A DNA stretch of 64,000 nucleotides from Candidatus Moraniibacteriota bacterium (lineage in GTDB: Bacteria; Patescibacteriota; Minisyncoccia; Moranbacterales; UBA1568), in the NCBI GenBank assembly GCA_016699975.1, contig CP064994.1:775828-839827 (forward strand), given 5' to 3'. Below, in pieces: positions 21,280 through 31,899 of the stretch. Positions within the stretch are counted from its first letter, which is position 1; every line of letters begins with the position of its first letter. The notes beneath the pieces are model-generated. The model worked only from the letters and a program-made list of their open reading frames with translations. It was not told where the DNA came from and did not search any database. Position numbers and translations under genes: made by a program.

Positions 21280-21926
21280 ACGCCGCGTTCGGAAGGTGAA
21301 GATTCAGCTGTCGATTCTGCGGAAACATCCGCTTCTCCCGTCATATCAAAAGCAGTTTCTTTTGGTGTTGCCGAAGTATCATCTTCGAGAAGAGCTGTGT
21401 CTATTCTCGCGTCTTTCGACAGCTCCTCATATCGAGGAAGTTCGGAAAGGCGAGTGAGTCCGAGAGTTTCCAAAAACGAAAATGATACGGAGTACACGTA
21501 TCCGCGAGCATCGCCGGGATTTTCTTCGCGTTCGACAAGTCCCCTGAGAAGGAGCGTACGAAGAGAAAGAGAAGAATTGACACCGCGTATTGATTCGATG
21601 TGCGCATGAGAAACCGGTCCGCGATAGGCCACGATGGAGAGCGTCTCGAGCGCCGCTCGAGACAAAGCGCCGTCTCGCTCCAAACGAAAGAAGCGCTCCA
21701 CCGATTCGGCTTTTTCGGGCGCGGTCTCAAGAAGCAGACTGCCATCCTTTTCAAGGAGCGAAAGCCCACTCGACGGCGCAGCGTATTTTTGAGCGAGAAG
21801 AGCAATTGCTGTGGTGAAACTTTCTTCATCGGCCTCAACAAATTTCCGAAGTCGTGCGATCGAGACTGGATCGCCCGAGACGAAGAGAATAGCTTCGACA
21901 GTAGCAGCAAGCGCTTCAACCTTCAT
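21276..21926 (-). CDS. scpB: segregation and condensation protein B
   Basis: ..VEAILFVSGDPVSIARL.. and duplicated winged-helix pattern typical of ScpB. Confidence 0.85.
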   Translation of the reverse strand: MKVEALAATVEAILFVSGDPVSIARLRKFVEADEESFTTAIALLAQKYAAPSSGLSLLEKDGSLLLETAPEKAESVERFFRLERDGALSRAALETLSIVAYRGPVSHAHIESIRGVNSSLSLRTLLLRGLVEREENPGDARGYVYSVSFSFLETLGLTRLSELPRYEELSKDARIDTALLEDDTSATPKETAFDMTGEADVSAESTAESSPSERGV

Positions 21927-22621
21927 ACGATTCGACGAAAACGAATTTCACCAAAGATGTTTTCTTGTTCTGCCGAGACGCTCTTTCGACGAACAAGCTC
22001 AAGGAGCGCGAGAAAAGAGACGACTTTTTCCGCGACATCCTTGGACTCGGCGAGTATGTCGGAAAAAGCCGCTTCCGATTTCGCACGAATGCGCGCTTCA
22101 AGAAACGCGATACGTTCTTCGAGCGTCACCGTCTCTTCCACGACTCGTTCTTCAAGAAGAAGACGAGATGGAAGACGAGCAATTATTTGCGAAAACGTTT
22201 CTTCGAGACGAGCAACGGTTACCGAAGGCGGAGGTGAAAAAGAAGGACCGAAAACCAGAGACGGCGGACGACGAAACGACTTCGATGCTCGCAGGAAGAG
22301 CTCCTCAAGTCCAAGCGCCGCTTCTTTGTAGCGCTGATACTCGCGAAGACGCGATTCGAGATCATGAACCGCTTCCTCTTCTTCTTCAGTGAGCGTCAGA
22401 AATGGAAGAAGCGCGCGAGATTTGAGGAGGAGGAGCTGTGCTGCAACAGAGAGAAACTCCGCAAGATTTGGAAGAGAAGACCCTTCGCGAGCAATATGTG
22501 CCAAATACTGGTCAGTCACTTCCGCCAAAGCAAGCCGCGTAATGTCGAGCTTTTCTTTCTCGATGAGCGAAAAGAGAAGCGGAAAAGGACCCTCGAATTG
22601 TGGGAGGCGCACATGATACAT
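21923..22621 (-). CDS. scpA: segregation and condensation protein A
   Basis: MYHVRLPQFEGPFPLLFSLIEKEKLDITRLALAEVTDQYL.. ScpA N-terminus. Confidence 0.85.
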   Translation of the reverse strand: MYHVRLPQFEGPFPLLFSLIEKEKLDITRLALAEVTDQYLAHIAREGSSLPNLAEFLSVAAQLLLLKSRALLPFLTLTEEEEEAVHDLESRLREYQRYKEAALGLEELFLRASKSFRRPPSLVFGPSFSPPPSVTVARLEETFSQIIARLPSRLLLEERVVEETVTLEERIAFLEARIRAKSEAAFSDILAESKDVAEKVVSFLALLELVRRKSVSAEQENIFGEIRFRRIV

Positions 22622-22875
22622 ATCGCCGGATCGTCTCGGAAATTCTGAGGAGCTTTATTCGTCATTGTAGCATATATTCGGTTTCAAAGAAGCAAAAGAA
22701 ACACGCGAAACATTATACGTAAAAGGCTTCTCTCATTTTCCTATCACAAAAAGAGTGCCGAGAAGAGAGAATGAATGTATGGAAACTGGAAAGCCAATTC
22801 TCTGGTAACCGTACCCTGAACTCCCTCTCCCTCAACACGGACACACTGATTTTGTGATGGAGTATACCGTTTCTC

Positions 22876-24684
22876 TTACTCGTTTTTTGAGAAATGAAAA
22901 ATGGTTGTTTCGTGCATCTTCTCTGTGCGAGCGCCCGGAAAAATTTCTCCAAGCATTTTTTCGAGAAATGGGAAGCGCCCAGTCATCTCCGAAGGAATGC
23001 GTATGCCATCAACGTCTTCGTGAGCATCAAAGCGCCTGTCCAGAAAGTATTGTCTCACGATTTCCTGGTGTTCTTGGATCGAAAGAGACGGGTCGAGAAA
23101 GAGATCTTCCAAAAAGACATAATCCTCACTGTCTTCTTGGGCGAGGTAATCAGCAGCCAGAATGTACCCGACTTGACGATCGTCTCTCATGATAATCGCA
23201 CTGTAATTGTCAGGAAAATTCATTCCTCCCTCTCCGTCGTCTTCCCCTTTTCCGATCTTCTGGAGAATCCTTCGAATATGCTCTTCCTGATCATTTCGAG
23301 CTGTTGTATCGGGAAATGTTTCCCCAAGGAATGAGCGCAGGCGCGAATGCTTCCAGCTGTCGATTGAGAGCCCATAGTAGCGCTGCGTCTTCTCTGTGCT
23401 TTCGGAGTCATAGTAGACGTACTCGATGGAATGATGGAACCAGTCGGAGTACTCCATATCCCCGTGGAGAGGCTTCGCCGTGACCCGTTCAAGCTCGCAC
23501 TCGCCCGTCACAAGTCCTCCGTCATCATTGTAACTCGTCCCTATAACAATTTTGAGCCGTTTTCCCTTTGCGGAGTACGTATCGATAAGGTGCTGTTTGA
23601 GCTGTTGGTATGCCTGAGCGATCATAACGTTTTCTCCTTTTTGAACGGCTCTGTTGGCGATTTCAATGTTGTCGATAGCCACGGTAATCATGTTTTCATC
23701 TTCGCAGTAGACCAAAACCGACTGCGCGATAATATCCTCTTCTCCGGTTGTGTCTTTCTTGGAAACGAGGAAATAGGACATATCTTCTCGCACAATATAC
23801 TCACGGTTTTTGGAAGAAGTAAATGGCATGCAGCAGTCGGTATAGTCGCCGCATACCCATCCTCTGGGATCGGATTTTTTGGCGATTTCCAAACCGAGCG
23901 CTCTCGTTTCAACTTTTCCCGACAGAGATTCATACAGAGCGCGCACTTGTTTTTCATCTTCTTCCCTGAGAACAATCTTTCCTTTGAGGTACGCGGTAAG
24001 TGTGTCTTTCTCTGCGGCGCGTTCCGCTTCTTTTTCATACCACTGTTGGGAACTCTTCCCATTCACAATCGCGCTCATTGCATTGTGCGTTTTTTTGCTC
24101 AGCTCCAGGCGATTGCGGTTATTGAGCGCCAGGAACAGAAAAAATTCTACGAATTCTCTTTTCTGAACATCTTCGTGCGCAAAAACGTTCTCAATCGCTT
24201 GGGACGCGCATGCTTCCAAAAACAGCGCCTGGGTTTTTCGGTCACCGTCTACGGGGAAATCTCCTTTTTTCGATTCGACGACCGCGTCAAAAGCATCTTG
24301 AAGCAACGTGACGTTTTCGGCAAAAAAGTGCGCTTGCATTTCCACAAAGAGCGCCGCCGTTTCTCGGCCCGAACGACTCATGACAGACGAAAGAGCCCGT
24401 GTCATATGAGTGCGAAACATTCCACTGTCGGGATCCGAAAAAGCGTTCCGAAGGTGCGTGAAGAGTTCGTCCCACTCCTCGGGCGAGAATGCGTCTTTCC
24501 ACGACTCTCTGTTTTCTATGTTCAGCGAAGAAGGCGTTTGCCTGTCAAAAGCGAGCATTCTCCTGTTTTTTACCGCCTTGTTGAATTCGCTGTCGAACCT
24601 CCCCGCTTTCTCGGGATAGCTCTCTTTGTCTTGGTCTCGCTTCTTTTTGAGCTCTTCTACCGTGCGGACATCACGCTCGCGCAT
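22876..24684 (-). CDS. hypothetical protein, 602 aa, largely alpha-helical N-half and a C-half with Cys-rich motif GWVCGDYTDCCMPF
   Basis: long uninterrupted ORF with host-like codon usage; no family recognised by eye. Confidence 0.5.
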   Translation of the reverse strand: MRERDVRTVEELKKKRDQDKESYPEKAGRFDSEFNKAVKNRRMLAFDRQTPSSLNIENRESWKDAFSPEEWDELFTHLRNAFSDPDSGMFRTHMTRALSSVMSRSGRETAALFVEMQAHFFAENVTLLQDAFDAVVESKKGDFPVDGDRKTQALFLEACASQAIENVFAHEDVQKREFVEFFLFLALNNRNRLELSKKTHNAMSAIVNGKSSQQWYEKEAERAAEKDTLTAYLKGKIVLREEDEKQVRALYESLSGKVETRALGLEIAKKSDPRGWVCGDYTDCCMPFTSSKNREYIVREDMSYFLVSKKDTTGEEDIIAQSVLVYCEDENMITVAIDNIEIANRAVQKGENVMIAQAYQQLKQHLIDTYSAKGKRLKIVIGTSYNDDGGLVTGECELERVTAKPLHGDMEYSDWFHHSIEYVYYDSESTEKTQRYYGLSIDSWKHSRLRSFLGETFPDTTARNDQEEHIRRILQKIGKGEDDGEGGMNFPDNYSAIIMRDDRQVGYILAADYLAQEDSEDYVFLEDLFLDPSLSIQEHQEIVRQYFLDRRFDAHEDVDGIRIPSEMTGRFPFLEKMLGEIFPGARTEKMHETTIFHFSKNE

Positions 24685-24751
24685 ATGCTCGGTAAGGACG
24701 CGAAGTTGAGGTGTGTTTTTGAGACTTTCAAAGAGTTTGGGAGATTGTTCG

Positions 24752-25975
24752 TTAAATCCGTGAACGCGCAGAGCATAACTTTGTGCATGGGATCGAATGC
24801 GATTTCCTTTTCCCAGGGACGAATGAGCTGACGCTCGTCGATGGTATCCCGCCCTTCGATAATACGGATGAGGGTTTGGGAGAACAGTTTATTTGATTCT
24901 TCATCGTATTCATCATAGTGATTGTCATCATACTCATTGTCGTACTCATCGTATTCATTCCCATTCTGTTCATCTGTGTTGTGTTCACTTTGTGCATTTC
25001 CGCTTTTGATGTTTTGTCGATTCGTCCCCCCTGCGCAATCGCTTCATACTCCGTTATCATGCTCCGTAAGAAAGAAACGTCCACGCCCGGCGCGAGCACA
25101 AGCTGTCGCACAGCTTCCTTGAAAGCATCGCTCGCATCTTCCGGAATACGAATGTTGAATTTCTGCATATTCGCCTCCCGCTCGAGCTCTTTCATCGTTC
25201 GAAAGGGGGTGCCGGAGCGTTCTCGGACATAGATGGTCGGATCAAAGGAACCCAGGAGAGGATTGAGACTCTCGAGATCAACTCCCGGAACAAGAAGCGG
25301 TTCGAAAACAAGACGCGTGATATATTCCCGGTCTTGAGGAGATCGGGAACGAAATGTGTTCATGAACAGAAGGTGATCGTGAGGATTCTCCCAAAAGTCC
25401 GAAAGAGAAAGAAGAAGCCTTTTTGTTCGCGCATCGCCCAGAATACGCTCCAGAGTTTCGAAGTTTTCTTTCACTTCGAGATCTCTGGCGCCGATCTGTT
25501 CTTTTTGTTCTGAATACGCTTGATTGATTTCTTCACCGGAAATGACTTCGGAACAAAAAGGGTAGAGGAGTACAACCAACCGAGTATTATCTTTGACGGA
25601 TTCGTAGACGGAGCGTTGGATCATCCGAAACGAAGTGAGTATTTTCCCGGCCCTATCCATCATTCCACGTTCCAAAAAATATATCACTCTTTTCTTCGCC
25701 GCTTCACGGATTTCGGGGTCTTGCGGGGAGAGGTTGAAGCGTTCGAGGATTTCCTGGGCGCCATCGATCTTTCTGCGTTTCAAGTAATCCATCGTCCTTT
25801 CCTTCGCCGCTTCATGAACGTGGGGATCAAAACACAGATCTTTATTTTTTTTGAAGAAAGTATCAATGGTGTCCGAGTTTTTCTCTTGCAGCACTCGGAC
25901 AGCCTCTTCCCTAAGTTTTGCTGCTTCTTGCGGGGGGTCAGAAACCTCGGCAAGAGAAGAAATATTTTCTCGCAT
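24752..25975 (-). CDS. hypothetical helical-repeat protein, 407 aa, with Met/Thr/Asn-rich low-complexity C-terminal tail
   Basis: long ORF; tail NTTQMNRMGMNTMSTTMSMMTITMMNTMKNQ encoded by imperfect tcatNNN repeats at about 24900-24990. Confidence 0.5.
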   Translation of the reverse strand: MRENISSLAEVSDPPQEAAKLREEAVRVLQEKNSDTIDTFFKKNKDLCFDPHVHEAAKERTMDYLKRRKIDGAQEILERFNLSPQDPEIREAAKKRVIYFLERGMMDRAGKILTSFRMIQRSVYESVKDNTRLVVLLYPFCSEVISGEEINQAYSEQKEQIGARDLEVKENFETLERILGDARTKRLLLSLSDFWENPHDHLLFMNTFRSRSPQDREYITRLVFEPLLVPGVDLESLNPLLGSFDPTIYVRERSGTPFRTMKELEREANMQKFNIRIPEDASDAFKEAVRQLVLAPGVDVSFLRSMITEYEAIAQGGRIDKTSKAEMHKVNTTQMNRMGMNTMSTTMSMMTITMMNTMKNQINCSPKPSSVLSKGGIPSTSVSSFVPGKRKSHSIPCTKLCSARSRI

Positions 25976-26064
25976 ACACTCCTTTTAAAAGGTGAGGAGG
26001 AAAAAGAAGGAGAAACAAAAGAATTTCTCCGGCAAAGGCTTCAGAGAACAACGACGGAAAAATG

Positions 26065-27376
26065 TTATGGCACTACCGTGGTCGCACGAACAATCTCAAG
26101 GGCTTTGTCGAGCTGAGGATCGCGTTTCGCATCATAATCCTCGTTCGAAAGTTCTACTTCGATATCCGGAAATATTCCTTCTTTATCAATGAGCTTTCCC
26201 TTCGGCGTCAGCCAATGTGCAACCGTCACCTTGAGCGATGTCTCTCTCGTCACCGAAAGGAGCTCCTGAACGGAACCTTTTCCGAAAGATTTTTTCCGAC
26301 GAGACGAATATCGTCTCGGTTTTCACGAAGCGCCGCCGCGAGAATCTCGGAGGCACTCGCCGACCCCTCATTGATAAGAATAACCGTCGGGAGATTCCCA
26401 ATGAGCGTCTTTCCCGAGGTCAGGCGCTCGCTCTTTTTTCGATCACTGTCTTCTTCGATCACCACCACTTTCCCTTTCGGGAGAAGCGCGCTCGCCATGT
26501 CGATCGCAGCGTCGAGCCGGCCCCCGGGATTATCGCGCAGGTCAAGAATCAGGCCGCGCGCCTTTCGAGACGCCACCTCTTTCACCGCATTCGAAAATTC
26601 TCTCGCCGTATCATCTCCAAACGTATTCACTTTAAGAAGTGCGATCCCATCGTCTCGTATCGTGAGTTTCACACTTTTCACATTAATAACATCTCGACGA
26701 ACAGTGATGTCGCGCGTCTCGCGATCCCCCTCTCGAAATACGGTGAGCTTCACTTCGGTTCCCTTTTTCCCACGCATTTTGTCCCGCGCTTCCTCGACAC
26801 TCATGCCGGACGTTTCTTCGTCGTTTATCTTGAGAACTTTATCGCCGGATCGAAGTCCCGCTCGCTCCGCGGGCATTCCCTCAAGCGGTGCCACAATCGT
26901 CAAAATTTTGTCCTTGATGCCGATTTCCGCGCCGATTCCTTCAAAAGTTCCCGACAAATCTTCTTCGAAAATTTTGTTCTCCTCGGGGTCGAAGAATGTC
27001 GTATAGGGGTCGTCGGTCGCGGCAAGCATTCCTTTGATCGCACCATACACAAGCTTCGTTGAATCAAGTTCATTGGCGGAAAAAATTTCACATGAAGCAG
27101 ATCCCACGTTTTCCAAAAAGTGGAGAGGTCGGGGCGAGTTTTTTCCGCTCGAGTCGAGAGAATTCCAGAGAACGATTCCCCACTTCCTGTTTTCTCAGAA
27201 AGAAATTTCCCGCGCTCCACACCAAGAAAATATGCGCCCAGAAGAAGGAGCGCAAAGAAGAAAATGCGAAGAAGTGGAGAAGACTTCGATCGCCGAGGCG
27301 TGGGGTGAGAAGAGAGGTGCGACTGAGGAGGCGCCACCCTCTCTCGCTCTTCGGAAGACATCGGGTCATCACTCAT
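26065..27376 (-). CDS. ctpA: carboxyl-terminal processing protease (S41, PDZ-containing), interrupted by two apparent frameshifts
   Basis: Fragments 26900..27376 (TM N-terminus), 26250..27116 (LVYGAIKGMLAATDDPYTTFFDPEE.., PDZ GLRSGDKVLKIND, ..LDLRDNPGG..) and 26065..26253 (..LKVTVAHWLTPKG..) in three frames; breaks at a6 near 27075 and t6 near 26290. Confidence 0.8.
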
Positions 27377-27421
27377 ACAGCATGATACACATCAATTCAT
27401 TTCACTCATCCCTCCTTTCGC

Positions 27422-28633
27422 TCACGGAATTTTTCGAAAAAGTTCGTGAATTCGATCGTAATTGTTGCCCTTTGGAAGCAGAATGTAACCTGCGGCACCG
27501 GTATTCTCCGGCGCATACAAAAGTCCGTTTTCGGAATTATCGATCACAAAGTCCTGTGAAATTTTGACATCTTTGTTCTCGAGATAGAGATCGAAAAATC
27601 GCTTCATTTCCCAGCCTTCCATATCCGTCCGCGCATTGTCTCCGAGGCTCCCGAGAATGGCATTCACTTTCGAAAAATCCGAGAGCGTGCCAAGACTCAG
27701 GAGTTTCGCGCGAAGCGCCTCGAGAATCATATGTTGGCGCTTCGCGCGCTCGAAGTCGTTCGAGGTCACACGTGCGCGCGCAAAGCAGAGCGCTTTCTCA
27801 CCATTTAAGACGCTCGTTCCGGCCGGCAAATTAAATACACCGCCACACTCCACATCCTTATTGTAGCAAAGCGGATACGACTTCACGATGCGCCGGCGTC
27901 CGCTCTTCGTCGTCACATACTTGTGTTCGTACTGGAGCGGCGTCGTGGGGACGGTAAAGACATTCGCATCGCATACGTGCGACTCGCGAAATTGCATCGG
28001 TTCGGTAAAGGGTGCGTCCAAAGTAATCGAAACACCACCCACGGCATCAATCAATTCCTCGAAACCTTTGAAGTCAATCGACGCCACATAGTGAATCGGG
28101 ACGCCCGTTACGTCGGTCAGAATCGTTTTCATGGCAGCAAGCCCCTGCCCCGCCCCTTTCTCTTCACCATAAAAATGCACGGCGTTTATTTTTTGTTTGT
28201 CCGATGTTCCCGGAACCGTCACGTAGAGATCGCGTGGAATGGAAACAAGGGCCGCCTTCGGACGATCACCCTCGCCCTTCCCCTGTGGATGGAACGAGAG
28301 AATCATAATCGTATCGGCAAGGAGTCCGCCGCCCTCAACACCTTTTCCGCGCATTCCCAAAAGAGCCACATTGATGCGTCCTTCTTTTTCTCCGGCAAGG
28401 GTGTTCTCGACACCAGGCAAAGACTTTACGATATTCGAAAGAATATTTCCCTTGGGAGCGATGCGCCCCAAAATGGCATTTGCTTTCCAAAAAAGAACGC
28501 CTCCCACGAACGCACCCAGGAGAAGAATGCCGATCCCCCACTTCTTCCACGAACGCTTTTTCGGAGGGGTGTTTCCTGCCCTCGATCCTTGTGAAGAAGA
28601 AAACTTTGATGGTGAAAAAGAAGGAAAAGCCAT
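27422..28633 (-). CDS. LytR-CpsA-Psr (LCP) family cell-envelope phosphotransferase
   Basis: N-terminal TM; LCP core ..INVALLGMRGKGVEGGGLLADTIMILSFHP..ALVSIPRDLYVTVPG.. Confidence 0.85.
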   Translation of the reverse strand: MAFPSFSPSKFSSSQGSRAGNTPPKKRSWKKWGIGILLLGAFVGGVLFWKANAILGRIAPKGNILSNIVKSLPGVENTLAGEKEGRINVALLGMRGKGVEGGGLLADTIMILSFHPQGKGEGDRPKAALVSIPRDLYVTVPGTSDKQKINAVHFYGEEKGAGQGLAAMKTILTDVTGVPIHYVASIDFKGFEELIDAVGGVSITLDAPFTEPMQFRESHVCDANVFTVPTTPLQYEHKYVTTKSGRRRIVKSYPLCYNKDVECGGVFNLPAGTSVLNGEKALCFARARVTSNDFERAKRQHMILEALRAKLLSLGTLSDFSKVNAILGSLGDNARTDMEGWEMKRFFDLYLENKDVKISQDFVIDNSENGLLYAPENTGAAGYILLPKGNNYDRIHELFRKIP

Positions 28634-28891
28634 AGCAATAGTACACTAAGAATTCATACGAAAGAGTTTCGTAACCTTGAGGAATGGTTCACAAAAATTT
28701 TTGTTCGCCAGAAATTGCATTCAGAATGAGGATGACCCATGAAATTCCTGTTCTTTTCATTCTTTTCACGGAGAAATATGGAGGCGCTTTCTTTCGAAAA
28801 AGCTTTTTTATTCACCGCACCATCACGCCTGTTCTTTACAAAATGCGACCCTGCTCATTCTCTTCAGTCGCACAAAGACACTGCGAAAATT

Positions 28892-30070
28892 TCAGTCGTC
28901 GATTTTCCCATCAAAACATATTTTGCGATAGCCCGCAAGAATTTTCCGCGCGCTTTTTTCCCAGGAAAATTTCGCAAGCTCGACGCGCGCCTTCTCTTGA
29001 TATGCTTCCCTCTCTGATTGTAACAGCGCCTTCTCGAGAAGCGACGCGAACGCGCGCGTATCAAGAGGAGAGGCAAAAAGAACTGCTCCACCCCCCACTT
29101 CGCGAAGCGGGGGAATATCAGAAGCAACAACCGGCACACCCTGACTCATCGCCTCGAGAATCGGGATACCAAATCCCTCATATCGCGAGGGGAACGCGAA
29201 CACGCGAGCCAGACGAAAAAGCGTTGGCATATCTTCTTCCGCGACGAATCCAGGGAAGAGCACGGCGTCCTGAAGAGCACGTCGGGCAATCGTCTCGTCT
29301 ATCTGTGGATCCGTGTGATGTCCCGATCGATTCCCGACGATGACGAGTGCAATATGAGGATACTTCCCTCTAAGAAGAGAAAATGCTTCGAGAAGAAAGG
29401 GCAAATTTTTTCTCGGTTGAAGCGTGCCAACGGACAGAATGAACGTTTCCGGGAGCGCATATTTTTTTCGAGTTGCCGCTTCCTCGGCATCCGATACGGG
29501 GAGCGCGCTCCCACGTTCAAATTCCGGCGCGAGCGCATTTGTCGCAACCATTATAGTGTCTTCGGCAATATCGTAATATTTGAGCAGCTCTCGCTTCGTA
29601 AATTCCGAAGGAGACACAATGAGCTTCGCCTTTCGAAGACTTCTCGGAATGAGAAGGTCAAGAAAAAATCGATCGATAGGCGCAATATATTCGGGATATA
29701 CCCTGAAAGAGATATCGTGAATATGGGTCACTACGGCTGTCCTCTTCGGGACAAAAAACGGCGTAATGTACTGCGTGTGGTAGATCGAGACATCGCTCTT
29801 TCGCAAGAATCGCGGCACATACCAGGCGTTCCAGTCGAATTTATTGCGCGCGGGAAGCGAAATGATGCGCGCATTTTGTTTGCCAGAAAGCCCGAGCCGA
29901 GAAGCGATGACATTGATTTCTTCCGGTGTGCGACGATCAAGCAGCAAGAGGTATTCGTTCTCGGAATCGATTCTTACCATTTCCCGAGCGAGGTTCAGAA
30001 AGACGACTTCGTCGCCGGTTCGTTTTTTTTCCGATCGTGCGAATGTCGATTGCAATGACCATAGAAACAC
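28892..30070 (-). CDS. glycosyltransferase family 4 (GT-B, GT1 domain)
   Basis: C-domain motif [28 protein letters not shown]. Confidence 0.8.
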   Translation of the reverse strand: MFLWSLQSTFARSEKKRTGDEVVFLNLAREMVRIDSENEYLLLLDRRTPEEINVIASRLGLSGKQNARIISLPARNKFDWNAWYVPRFLRKSDVSIYHTQYITPFFVPKRTAVVTHIHDISFRVYPEYIAPIDRFFLDLLIPRSLRKAKLIVSPSEFTKRELLKYYDIAEDTIMVATNALAPEFERGSALPVSDAEEAATRKKYALPETFILSVGTLQPRKNLPFLLEAFSLLRGKYPHIALVIVGNRSGHHTDPQIDETIARRALQDAVLFPGFVAEEDMPTLFRLARVFAFPSRYEGFGIPILEAMSQGVPVVASDIPPLREVGGGAVLFASPLDTRAFASLLEKALLQSEREAYQEKARVELAKFSWEKSARKILAGYRKICFDGKIDD

Positions 30071-30163
30071 AAAATATCGAGCTGTCTATTGAGAGCCACA
30101 AACAAGGGGGAACGGGAAGCGCGTATGGTTGTCGCGTGTGGAGTTCACTGCGCTTCCTTACTC

Positions 30164-31090
30164 TCAACCCTCATTGGGCAGATTTTTTTCACCACCGAGC
30201 ATCCCGATCCCGCCAAGCCACACCCACAAAAACCCAAGCAGAATACCAGAGTTAAAGAGATTGAAAAAAGAAAGACCGACCCACGACACGAGAAAGAATG
30301 TGGCCACTGCCTTTCTGAGCGCATCATCCTCTTCCTCGCTTTTTCTTCCGAACAAAGCGCACAGCGCTCGGTACGGAATCAAAAACCACAGACAGGAGAA
30401 AGCGAGGAGCCCAAGAAGCCCACCGCCCGCCAAGACTTCAAGAAACACGTTGCTCGCATTCAGGGTCGCGCCGCGATCGTCAGTGCCCAGCACGCTCCCA
30501 AGACCACCCCAGCCCATGCCGAAGAGCCAGTGTTCTCGGAGCGAAGAGATGGTTTTCTCTCGAATTCTTTTCCGCGCCTCAATACTTGGATCCGGACGCT
30601 CAACCGTACGAATACTTCTGCCGAGCGATGCTTCCGCGTCGATCGATTCGAGGCGGATATGCCTGCATCCATACGAAGCGAGCTCGGCTGTCTCAGTGAT
30701 CTTTTCCGGAAGCGAACTCTCGCGAACACAGGATACCGTAATTGTCTGCCATCCGGAAGAAACGCTCGCTGCCCGATCGGCGAGAGAAAAATTCGTGAGC
30801 GAACACCCGCGCACAAAAAGGAGTGCCGCAATCGCACAGACGAAAACAAAAAGGGATGAACGAAGAACCGGCATCCATCTTTTGTGAGAGAGAAATCTTG
30901 CCTCCGTCTTATGTGAAGCAACAAAGAGCACAAAGAACGCGCCAAGAGAAAGGAGCGCTCCTGCCCACGCACTCCGCGCAACAGTAAGAATGAGCGCGGA
31001 AAAAGTTGCCGTCAAAACGAGACCGTATCCCAGAGCTATCCCCAGAGATTTCGCAGAGTTCCAAACGCTCGTGCACCACTGGACTGACAA
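30164..31090 (-). CDS. O-antigen ligase/Wzy_C-like membrane protein (C-terminal part; may be fused with 31114..31899)
   Basis: ..LTVARSAWAGALLSLGAFFVL.. resembles the Wzy_C signature loop; multiple TM helices. Confidence 0.5.
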   Translation of the reverse strand: MSVQWCTSVWNSAKSLGIALGYGLVLTATFSALILTVARSAWAGALLSLGAFFVLFVASHKTEARFLSHKRWMPVLRSSLFVFVCAIAALLFVRGCSLTNFSLADRAASVSSGWQTITVSCVRESSLPEKITETAELASYGCRHIRLESIDAEASLGRSIRTVERPDPSIEARKRIREKTISSLREHWLFGMGWGGLGSVLGTDDRGATLNASNVFLEVLAGGGLLGLLAFSCLWFLIPYRALCALFGRKSEEEDDALRKAVATFFLVSWVGLSFFNLFNSGILLGFLWVWLGGIGMLGGEKNLPNEG

Positions 31091-31113
31091 GAAAGAATGA
31101 GGAGGGACGGCAT

Positions 31114-31899
31114 TTAGTCCGTCTTCCTCCTCCGTTCCCCCTTCCGAGAACGCATTTCACGAAACTGAAGTGCTGAGAGAAGCGCGCTTATTCCGACAAT
31201 GAGATACATGCCGAGCCAATCCGGCTCCGGAAAAAACGCATTCGGTCTCCCCGGCATTGCTTCGAATGAAAAGAAGCCGCGCGAAAAAAGAATGCTTTGA
31301 AGAATCGCCACTGCAGACGTGACGAGAATCGAAAGGAGGAGAAACGGGAAAATACGTCTCGCATCTTCGGGACGCTTTAAAAACTGTCGCGAAAGAAAGA
31401 AGAGAGCGACAAAAAAAAGGACGATAAATGACTGCCGCACAAACATGTCGTGCGGCTCCGAAGCGAAAGCGGAACCAAAAACACCGATCGAAAAAAGAAC
31501 GGGAAGCGCATCGGAAGACTCAACTCTCGAGAATGGAAATGAGAATCGACGAACGAGAAACCGCAGAAAAAGCGCCAACATAAGCGCAATCGCCGCCAGC
31601 TGAAAGGGACGAATCGCAAACGAAGACTGAAGAGGCGAAAGCGAAATCGTTTCAAAAGGAAGAATCGCGAGAAGAAGAAGGAATATCCACCCCGGTCGAT
31701 AGAGGGCCGCCAAAAAGAGCAGCGTTGTGAGAAACAGAAAATCGAACCGATCAAGAAGCGGCGTCTGAAAAACTCCCAGCAGAGAGAGAATGAGACTTAC
31801 AAAGAGCGCCGCTCCCCACAAGACTCGAAGAAAAATGTGCGTCATACCGAAAGATCTCCCGTCAGAATATGGAGGAGCTTCCGGGAAAAGTGCTCCCAC
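31114..31899 (-). CDS. polytopic membrane protein, probably the N-terminal part of the Wzy/O-antigen-ligase-like gene
   Basis: 7-8 predicted TM helices; ends 24 nt before the next ORF in a different frame. Confidence 0.45.
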   Translation of the reverse strand: MGALFPEAPPYSDGRSFGMTHIFLRVLWGAALFVSLILSLLGVFQTPLLDRFDFLFLTTLLFLAALYRPGWIFLLLLAILPFETISLSPLQSSFAIRPFQLAAIALMLALFLRFLVRRFSFPFSRVESSDALPVLFSIGVFGSAFASEPHDMFVRQSFIVLFFVALFFLSRQFLKRPEDARRIFPFLLLSILVTSAVAILQSILFSRGFFSFEAMPGRPNAFFPEPDWLGMYLIVGISALLSALQFREMRSRKGERRRKTD

